Origin: Pseudomonadota bacterium
GTDB taxonomy: Bacteria; Pseudomonadota; Alphaproteobacteria; Paracaedibacterales; CAITNM01
Assembly (NCBI GenBank): GCA_046309815.1
Contig: JBKCOJ010000008.1
Location: forward strand, 63,856-127,855
Length of the DNA: 64,000 bases
Direction: 5' to 3'
How positions within the stretch are numbered: the first letter of the stretch is position 1; each line of letters starts with the position of its first letter. The notes under the pieces are model-generated. The model saw only the letters and a list, made by a program, of their open reading frames with translations. It was not told the DNA's origin and did not search any database. The position numbers were made by a program, and so were the translations under genes. This document shows, in pieces, positions 56,975 through 64,000 of this stretch.

Positions 56975-58057
56975 ATGGAACTCGTATATTTACCAATGGC
57001 TGATGTTTATTTATCTTTGCCTTTGCTTTTTGCAATAGGTTTAGGTGGTGGTATTTTATCATCTATGTTAGGGATTGGTGGTGGAATTCTTATCACGCCT
57101 AGCTTGATGAGTATAGGTGTTCCTTCCGTTGTAGCAATTGCTACCCAATTAAATAACTCAGTGGGTACTAATTTCAGCGGATTTCTAGCCTATCAGCAAG
57201 AGCGAGATGTCGATCTTAGTTTGGCATGGTATTTATTTATGGGCGGCCTTGCGGGTGCTTTAGTGGAAGGATTAACCCTTACGCAGGTTGAAAGTAAAGC
57301 AGGGAGTTATGCTGTCTTAAAAATCATTGTTTTTTTCGTCGTGATCATTAGTAGTGTTATCACTTTCATTCAATCACAACGTCCAATTCAGCCTCGTGTA
57401 GAAAAGGGTGCGATGATGCGCCGATGGATGATCTACTTTCCGTGGCATAAGATTTTTCTCAGATCCCGAGTTGAAATGAGTATTTTGGTGCCGCTTGGGG
57501 TTGGATTTTTGACAGGCACCATTACAACCAGTATAGGTGGTGGTAATAGCCTTTTAATGGCGCCGATTATTATGTACTTATTGGGGCGTAGTTCGCCTGT
57601 TGTTGCAGGAACTTCATTATTGGCTGGTTTTGGTATCAATGTGGTAGTAACGTTTATTACAAGTATTGGTAGGGCGCCGGTTGATTTTGTTTTGCTGGTT
57701 ATACTCAGCATTAGTAGTATTATTGGATCGTTGATTGGATCACGTTTGGCATATAAGTTTCGCACGCAAACATTGAAAGTATTTGGTAGCATTGTTTTAA
57801 TGGCTATTGCCTTAAAAATGTATCTTGATTTGAAGGCTGTACATTGGCAAACAACATCCAGAAGTCAAAATTTCTTTCATAAGTTTCCTTCTGTGTTAAA
57901 AAAAATTCAGGCCATGCCTGAGCAAAAATGGATGCTGCCTATTGCTCAATATGCTCATGATTTTCCTGTAGAGTACACAGTGATTTCTCTTGTCTGCGTG
58001 ACAATTTTTGCGTGTATTATGCAATTTGCTAATAATTACATAACTCGGCGTATGTAA
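56975..58057 (+). CDS. TauE/SafE (TSUP) family anion exporter-like membrane protein
   Basis: 360-aa polytopic protein with Gly-rich TM helices (GLGGGILSSMLGIGGGILITP; TTSIGGGNSLLMAP) arranged as an internal duplication. Confidence 0.7.
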   Translation: MELVYLPMADVYLSLPLLFAIGLGGGILSSMLGIGGGILITPSLMSIGVPSVVAIATQLNNSVGTNFSGFLAYQQERDVDLSLAWYLFMGGLAGALVEGLTLTQVESKAGSYAVLKIIVFFVVIISSVITFIQSQRPIQPRVEKGAMMRRWMIYFPWHKIFLRSRVEMSILVPLGVGFLTGTITTSIGGGNSLLMAPIIMYLLGRSSPVVAGTSLLAGFGINVVVTFITSIGRAPVDFVLLVILSISSIIGSLIGSRLAYKFRTQTLKVFGSIVLMAIALKMYLDLKAVHWQTTSRSQNFFHKFPSVLKKIQAMPEQKWMLPIAQYAHDFPVEYTVISLVCVTIFACIMQFANNYITRRM

Positions 58058-59187
58058 TGTTCTCACGCTTTTTATTTCGTTTAGTTTTAATTTTTGGCAT
58101 TATAAGTACCGCTGGTTGGTATTATTTTCAGCCATCTGCAACGCATGCCGAAGGTCGCTACGTTAATGTGTATTGCTGGTATGGATTAATTGATGTGGAA
58201 ACAATCAAAGAATTTGAAAACGAAACTGGAATTACGGTGCGCTTGGATGCCTATGACAATAATGAAGTATTAGAGGCAAAGCTTTTAGCTAGTAATAGTG
58301 GCTTTGATGTAGTGTTCCCCACTACTACTCCTTACTTAGCATGGCAAATTCAAGCCGGGGTTTATCAAAAACTTGATAAGAAATTGATTCCTAATTTAAA
58401 AGAACTTGATGATGATGTAGTGAAGTGGGTAAAGACGGTCGATAAAGATCTTGCGTATTCTGTGCCGTATTTTTTTGGAACCATTGGAATTGCATATAAC
58501 AAAGATGTTCTGAAGGAAATTTTCCCGGAAGGTTTTGCAAGAAATTTGGGGTTATTGTTTGATCCTGCTCATCTAAAAAAGATAGAAAGGCACGGCATTT
58601 CCCTTCTTGAGGAAGGCGTTGATGTATTGCCTTATGTATTAATGTATTTAGGAAAAGATCCGAACTCTGTGTCATCAGAAGAGCTTGATTTGGCGGCACA
58701 ACATTTGATGAAAATGCGTCCTTACATTAGGAGATTCACTTCCTATAGGGTGGTGAACGATATGGTTTTGGGAGATATTGCATTAGCGCTTGTTTGGTCT
58801 GGAGAAGCACAAACAGCAATTGCTGAGGCGCGTGAGCAAGGGAAAAATATTGAATACTTTATACCACCAGAAGGAGCAGCGGTTTGGATTGATGCTATTG
58901 CTATTCCGAAAGGAGCTCCACATCCTAAAAATGCGCATGCATTTATTAATTTCTTATTAAAACCCCATGTGGCAGCGCGTATTGCAAAAAACACTGCGCA
59001 TGCGGTTTCTGTAAAAAGAGCAAAAGAATATTTGCCAAGAGAAATTCTATCAAATGAAGGAATCTACCCCCATAAAAGCACTTGGAAAAAATTGTTTTTA
59101 AATGCTCCACCCAAAACAGCAGAAGAGTTACAATTTGAACGTGAGCGCACAAGAGTTTGGGCAAAAATACGTCTTAATGATTATTAG
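58057..59187 (+). CDS. Polyamine (spermidine/putrescine) ABC transporter substrate-binding protein (PotD/PotF type)
   Basis: 376 aa with an N-terminal anchor/signal and a PotD/F-like fold signature. TAATG overlap with the preceding gene. Confidence 0.85.
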   Translation: MFSRFLFRLVLIFGIISTAGWYYFQPSATHAEGRYVNVYCWYGLIDVETIKEFENETGITVRLDAYDNNEVLEAKLLASNSGFDVVFPTTTPYLAWQIQAGVYQKLDKKLIPNLKELDDDVVKWVKTVDKDLAYSVPYFFGTIGIAYNKDVLKEIFPEGFARNLGLLFDPAHLKKIERHGISLLEEGVDVLPYVLMYLGKDPNSVSSEELDLAAQHLMKMRPYIRRFTSYRVVNDMVLGDIALALVWSGEAQTAIAEAREQGKNIEYFIPPEGAAVWIDAIAIPKGAPHPKNAHAFINFLLKPHVAARIAKNTAHAVSVKRAKEYLPREILSNEGIYPHKSTWKKLFLNAPPKTAEELQFERERTRVWAKIRLNDY

Positions 59188-59200
59188 GAAAGATTAAGTT

Positions 59201-60352
59201 ATGTCGATTATTAGGAAAAAAGAGCACTTAAAAAATCTTGAGCCATGGCAAGATCCAAGTGTTAAACCATATGTATTAATTGAGAACGTTAACAAGAATT
59301 TTGGCGCGGCGGTTGCTGTAAAAAATCTTTCTCTTTCTATTTATCGCGGCGAACTTTTTGCGTTATTAGGGGCTTCGGGGTGTGGAAAGTCTACTTTATT
59401 GCGTATTCTCGCTGGGCTTGAAAAACCTTCTAGTGGACGGATTGTCGTGGATGATCTCGATATAACAGATCTTCCCCCCTATAAACGCCCTGTAAGCATG
59501 ATGTTTCAATCTTATGCTTTATTTCCGCATATGACGGTTGAAGAAAATATTAGCTTTGGATTAAAGCAAGAAAAATTATCTAAGGCTCAGATCAATGAGC
59601 GTGTTGATGAAGTTTTAGATTTGGTGCAGCTCAGAAAATATAAGGATCGCAAGCCAAATAGGCTTTCTGGTGGTCAACAACAGCGTGTTGCCTTAGCGCG
59701 AAGTCTTGCAAAGAGGCCAAAATTATTGTTGCTGGATGAACCGCTGGGGGCGCTGGATAAGAAGCTACGAGAAAAAACGCAATTCGAATTAGTGAATATT
59801 CAAGAGAGAGTAGGAATCACCTTCGTTTTCGTAACGCATGATCAAGAAGAAGCAATGACAATGTCAAGTCGCATTGGAATTATGGATGAAGGTCAGATTA
59901 GGCAAATAGGCCAGCCACACGAGATTTATGAGTTTCCTCATTCACGTTTTGTGGCAGAATTTATTGGTTCAATGAATATGTTTGAAGGTGTTGTGGTAGA
60001 AGATGAACCAGACCATGTTTTGATTGAATCTTCTGAAGCTGGATGTGAATTATATGTGACGCATGCTGCATCAATGCCGGTGGGTGCAAATGTCACGGTT
60101 GCTCTGCGTCCGGAAAAAGTGATGATTTCCACCAACCCAAACCCTAATTTGGGTCGTAATTGCACGAAAGGAATTGTGCGTGAAATTGGGTATTTAGGGG
60201 ACATTAGTATTTATCACGTGCAGTTGGAATCTGGAAAAATAGTTCAAGCATCGATGCCGAATCTTTTGCGTTTATCTGAGCGTGATGTGAAGTGGGATGA
60301 TGAAGTGTATTTGTATTGGCGTCCTGAAAATGGAGTTGTTTTGAGCGTATGA
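59201..60352 (+). CDS. Polyamine ABC transporter ATP-binding protein (PotA/PotG type)
   Basis: Walker A GASGCGKST, signature LSGGQQQRVALAR, Walker B LLLLDEP and a TOBE-like C-terminal domain. Confidence 0.9.
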   Translation: MSIIRKKEHLKNLEPWQDPSVKPYVLIENVNKNFGAAVAVKNLSLSIYRGELFALLGASGCGKSTLLRILAGLEKPSSGRIVVDDLDITDLPPYKRPVSMMFQSYALFPHMTVEENISFGLKQEKLSKAQINERVDEVLDLVQLRKYKDRKPNRLSGGQQQRVALARSLAKRPKLLLLDEPLGALDKKLREKTQFELVNIQERVGITFVFVTHDQEEAMTMSSRIGIMDEGQIRQIGQPHEIYEFPHSRFVAEFIGSMNMFEGVVVEDEPDHVLIESSEAGCELYVTHAASMPVGANVTVALRPEKVMISTNPNPNLGRNCTKGIVREIGYLGDISIYHVQLESGKIVQASMPNLLRLSERDVKWDDEVYLYWRPENGVVLSV

Positions 60353-61305
60353 TTACACAATTAATGAGGCATTTTGGAGATTTTTTATGGAGTGAGCTTC
60401 GCTACATAATTGGTCAATTGCGCGATAAATGGCTTGTGATTTCTGTGCCTTATGCGTGGCTTGCCGTATTTTTCCTTTTTCCTTTTCTTATCATCGTTAA
60501 AATTAGTTTTTCGGAATTGCAGGTTAGTATGCCGCCGTTTCGAAATATTATTGAGTGGACGCCGGATCTGCTTTTAAAAATTCGTCTACATTTTGAAAGT
60601 TATTGGACGGTACTGACCGATAATTTTTATCTGCATACGGTTTTTAGTTCTTTAAGAATTTCTCTTTTTTCAACAGCTGGGTGCCTAATTATTGGCTATA
60701 TGATTGCGTATAGTATTTCGCGTGTGAAAATATCATGGCGTATGGCGTTGTTGCTGATGATTGCGCTTCCATTCTGGACATCTTTTCTTATAAGGGTGTA
60801 TGCCTGGATGGCAATGTTAAGTAGCAAAGGTCTTGTAAATAGCATTTTGTTGAAACTGCATATTATTGGCAGTCCATTGCAATTGCTTGATAATGATGCG
60901 GCGGTTTGCTTAGGCATTATTTATTGTTATTTGCCTTTTATGGTTTTTCCAATTTATGCCTCGCTAATTAAAATTAATAAGGATTTTATAGAAGCAGCTC
61001 ATGATTTAGGATGTACGCCGTGGCGTGCTTTTTGGTCAATCACCGTGCCTTTATCAAAACAAGGAATGATTGCCGGCATTATTTTGGTATTTTTGCCCGC
61101 AATCGGCGAGTTTGTTATCCCTGAAATTTTAGGAGGGCCAGAAACGGTCACCATTGGACGCGTATTGTGGTGGGAATTTTTTAATAATCGTAACTGGCCT
61201 TTAGCGAGTGCTGTGGCGGTATTAATGATACTGTTATTTGTGGTGCCGATTATGATGTTAAAGAATCGTCAGCTAGAAGCAACGGAAAAGGCGGCGCAGG
61301 CATGA
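60349..61305 (+). CDS. Polyamine ABC transporter permease (PotB/PotH type)
   Basis: Six-TM permease with the EAA loop context FIEAAHDLGCTPWRAFWSITVPL. 4-nt overlaps on both sides. Confidence 0.9.
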   Translation: MITQLMRHFGDFLWSELRYIIGQLRDKWLVISVPYAWLAVFFLFPFLIIVKISFSELQVSMPPFRNIIEWTPDLLLKIRLHFESYWTVLTDNFYLHTVFSSLRISLFSTAGCLIIGYMIAYSISRVKISWRMALLLMIALPFWTSFLIRVYAWMAMLSSKGLVNSILLKLHIIGSPLQLLDNDAAVCLGIIYCYLPFMVFPIYASLIKINKDFIEAAHDLGCTPWRAFWSITVPLSKQGMIAGIILVFLPAIGEFVIPEILGGPETVTIGRVLWWEFFNNRNWPLASAVAVLMILLFVVPIMMLKNRQLEATEKAAQA

Positions 61306-62111
61306 TTCGTTTTTCTAAATTTAATTTAGGTGCCCTGATTTTTGGATATGGTTTTCTATACATTCCTATTCTTTATTTGATGGTGTATTCGTTTAATGAT
61401 TCAAGAATTATTGGGGTTTGGGCTGGATTCTCATTACATTGGTATAAAAAACTATTTGAAGATGATGCGTTGATTCGTGCTGTTCTAAATAGTTTTGAAA
61501 TAGCTTCGATTGTGGCAACGTTAGCGGTTGCCTTTGGAACGATGGCAGCTATTACCATGATACGTTTTAAAAGATTTCGCGGGAAAACTTTATTTAGCGG
61601 ATTAATTTCAGCGCCGCTTGTGATGCCAGAAGTGATTACAGGTCTTGCGCTACTTTTAATGTTTGTGACCTTAGAACGTGCGATTGGTTGGCCATCTGAG
61701 CGTGGCATGTTAACCATTATTATTGCGCATATTACATTGACGATGTCGTATGTATACCTTATTGTGCAAGCGCGATTGGTGGATTTTGATCAGTCAATGA
61801 TAGAAGCTGCGATGGATTTAGGGGCAAAACCCTCAACAGTATTTTTTAAAATCACCTTGCCACTTATTTCTCCCTCTTTACTTGCTGGGTGGTTACTGGC
61901 TTTTGCTTTATCTTTAGATGATGTGGTTATAGCAAGTTTTTTGGCAGGACCAGGTTCTACAACATTACCGATACTTGTTTTTTCTAGCGTGAGAACCGGT
62001 GTGACGCCTGAGCTAAATGCGTTGGCAACGATTATTGTAACTATTGTCAGTATCGGCATTCTAACGAGCGGTTTTGTGATGCATCGCCGCGCATTTCGGA
62101 AAATGTATTAG
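61302..62111 (+). CDS. Polyamine ABC transporter permease (PotC/PotI type)
   Basis: EAA loop MIEAAMDLGAKPSTVFFKITLPL. 269 aa. Confidence 0.9.
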   Translation: MIRFSKFNLGALIFGYGFLYIPILYLMVYSFNDSRIIGVWAGFSLHWYKKLFEDDALIRAVLNSFEIASIVATLAVAFGTMAAITMIRFKRFRGKTLFSGLISAPLVMPEVITGLALLLMFVTLERAIGWPSERGMLTIIIAHITLTMSYVYLIVQARLVDFDQSMIEAAMDLGAKPSTVFFKITLPLISPSLLAGWLLAFALSLDDVVIASFLAGPGSTTLPILVFSSVRTGVTPELNALATIIVTIVSIGILTSGFVMHRRAFRKMY

Positions 62112-62185
62112 TTTAAGCTTTTTTCTTTCTTTAATATTGTTGTTGATATAACATAGTTTCCTTAAATCATCTTATTTAAAGAACA

Positions 62186-62992
62186 ATGCATCGTTTTGTG
62201 GTTAGATTATTAGTATTAGGTACTTTTTTCCAAGGATTGTTTTGTAGCACTTTTGAAGAAGATCATGAGTTTCGTGTCTTTGTAAGAAACTGGATAGAGA
62301 ATTATTCAACTCAAGATACTAATTTATTTTTAATTAGGGCGGCTCGTTTGGGATACGAACATACTGTGGAATCTTTACTGTATATTCCAAAAACGCAAAA
62401 AGGTCCAAATCTTGCTGGGGTTCAAATGGCAGCCGAGCACACATCTTGTCCAAAGATACTTATGTTATTAATGCTGGCGCCTGAGGCAGATAAAACAATT
62501 TCTGCCAATGCTTTGTTGCGCATAATTGTAGACGAAGCTAGGGAGATAAAATATGCTTATGTGTTATTTCGTCTTCCTGAGGGATTAAAACCGAACCGAG
62601 GTTTTATGCTGTATGCTTTTGATAAAGCTATTGATCTAAGATGGCTAGAAATGGTTGCATTTTTGAGTAAACAGCCTGGCTATTTTATGAAGGAAGATAT
62701 TATTGATAGACTAAAATTTATGGCAAAGGATGAATCATTAGCAGAGATATCAGTGTTGCTTATTAATTATTTTCAATTTGATCTTAATAGATATGAGACA
62801 AATCTTTTATGCACTATAGCTAGTGAGCATAGCAATCAGCGCTTAGTAAGTTACTTTCTAACAGGGATACCCCAACATTTAAAGTTGACTAAAAAAGCGA
62901 TAGCCTACGCGTATGAAAGAGCAAGCACAATGGAAATTAAAAGGATGCTGGAATGTTACTATAACTACAGAATGAACTTCGATAGATCTTGA
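62186..62992 (+). CDS. Hypothetical secreted protein with degenerate ankyrin-like helical repeats
   Basis: Signal-like N-terminus [20 protein letters not shown]. Repeat-like segments [33 protein letters not shown] and [18 protein letters not shown]. Weak call. Confidence 0.4.
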   Translation: MHRFVVRLLVLGTFFQGLFCSTFEEDHEFRVFVRNWIENYSTQDTNLFLIRAARLGYEHTVESLLYIPKTQKGPNLAGVQMAAEHTSCPKILMLLMLAPEADKTISANALLRIIVDEAREIKYAYVLFRLPEGLKPNRGFMLYAFDKAIDLRWLEMVAFLSKQPGYFMKEDIIDRLKFMAKDESLAEISVLLINYFQFDLNRYETNLLCTIASEHSNQRLVSYFLTGIPQHLKLTKKAIAYAYERASTMEIKRMLECYYNYRMNFDRS

Positions 62993-64000
62993 TTCATCGC
63001 AAGGGCTGAAACTTTTTCTTCTACGTATTTTTTTGTGATCACGAATGTTTCGCCGGCACGGTCAGGGCCTGTGAAGCTAATTTCTTCTAGAAGTTTTTCT
63101 AAAATGGTATGTAGCCTGCGCGCCCCAATATTTTCAACTTCTTCGTTAATTTTTGCTGCTAATTCGGCAATAGCTTGAATGGCTTCTTTTTTAAAATCTA
63201 ATTTTACGTTTTCTGTCTTTAGCATTTCAACCGATTGCAGAATAAGATTTGCTTCCGGTTCGGTAAGAATACGGACAAAATCATCTTTACTTAGAGCTTT
63301 CAGTTCTACGCGTATAGGTAAGCGCCCTTGTAATTCTGGCAGTAAATCAGATGGTTTAGATACGTGAAAAGCGCCGCTTGTGATAAACAAAATATGATCG
63401 GTTTTAACGGGGCCATATTTTGTGGATACAGTTGTACCTTCAATTAGAGGTAGTAAATCACGTTGAACACCTTCCCGGCTAACGTCGCCACCGCGATGTT
63501 CAGAACGTGCACAAATTTTATCAATTTCATCAAGAAAAACGATACCATTTTGTTCAACATGTTTGATGGCATTAGAAATAATTTTTTCTTGATCAAGTAA
63601 TTTGTCGGCTTCTTCTTCAATCAGTATTTTCTGAGCTTCTTTTACGGAGACATTACGTGTTTTTGTTTTGCTGCTAAATGCTTTACCAAAAACATCACTG
63701 AGATTAATCATTCCCATTTGTGCGCCTGGCATCCCTGGCACATCAAAGGTAGGAAGTGTGCTGGCTGTATCTTGTACTTCTATATCTATTAGCTTTTCAT
63801 CTAATTCGCCGGTGTGTAGCATACGCCTAAATTTTTGGCGTGTATCTGGGGTTGCCGTGGAACCCACAAGTGCATCTAGAACTCTTTCTTCTGCCAGGAT
63901 GATAGCTCGTTCTTTTACTTCAATTCGGTGGCTTTCGCGTTGAATATGAATACTTGTTTCAATGAGATCTCTGATGATTTGCTCAACATCTCTGCCCACA
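62965..64000 (-). CDS. hslU: ATP-dependent protease ATPase subunit HslU (C-terminal ~345 codons; N-terminus lies beyond the window)
   Basis: ...[13 protein letters not shown]..., Walker [12 protein letters not shown], and the C-terminal ...NQDLSKFIL. The leading M in the track is an artefact of the window edge. Confidence 0.95.
   Translation of the reverse strand, partial: VGRDVEQIIRDLIETSIHIQRESHRIEVKERAIILAEERVLDALVGSTATPDTRQKFRRMLHTGELDEKLIDIEVQDTASTLPTFDVPGMPGAQMGMINLSDVFGKAFSSKTKTRNVSVKEAQKILIEEEADKLLDQEKIISNAIKHVEQNGIVFLDEIDKICARSEHRGGDVSREGVQRDLLPLIEGTTVSTKYGPVKTDHILFITSGAFHVSKPSDLLPELQGRLPIRVELKALSKDDFVRILTEPEANLILQSVEMLKTENVKLDFKKEAIQAIAELAAKINEEVENIGARRLHTILEKLLEEISFTGPDRAGETFVITKKYVEEKVSALAMNQDLSKFIL

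Noticed and set aside
1-64000. Prophage, IS element or genomic island with mobility genes; rRNA/tRNA genes
   Set aside because: No integrase, transposase, phage structural or recombinase-like ORF was recognised. No intergenic region is long or GC-rich enough to hold a tRNA or rRNA, and none showed cloverleaf-type pairing.

Overview
Visibly AT-rich, tightly packed chromosomal segment with about 60 protein genes, short spacers and many 1-11 nt gene overlaps. It comes from an alphaproteobacterium: CtrA with a TTAA-N7-TTAAC box upstream, DUF4167, petABC (bc1 complex), a long alpha-type S9, EttA, ClpB, DnaE and HslU. Housekeeping genes are mixed with salvage and transport genes (GlpT/UhpC-type MFS fragment, YhhQ-Tgt, Pot-type ABC importer) and many orphan signal-peptide proteins. 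This suggests, by inference only, a host-associated or intracellular lineage (Rickettsiales/Holosporales-like). I recognised no rRNA, tRNA, CRISPR array, transposase or integrase. Two genes missing from the ORF track were found by hand: rpmJ (22346..22471) and an MFS transporter N-terminus (1..168). Most noteworthy observations: (1) A dabB-dabA inorganic-carbon-pump operon under a divergent LysR regulator. dabA is broken by one base on a T TTT TTG slippery heptamer inside the GFAGFFG motif, and it is followed by an overlapping uncharacterised 292-aa protein with four C-terminal CxxC pairs. (2) A 3.2-kb cassette of three orphan secreted proteins, one a trypsin-fold serine protease. It is bracketed by a perfect 24-bp direct repeat that duplicates the porin-terminator/rpmJ-promoter junction. 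(3) A single-gene island encoding an AAA+ (DUF4143-type) ATPase with a PD-(D/E)xK-like C-terminus, preceded by three 23-bp tandem repeats. (4) A secreted protein with Sup35-like Q/G/Y/P oligopeptide repeats. (5) A 131-nt out-of-frame overlap between a DUF4167 gene and clpB.
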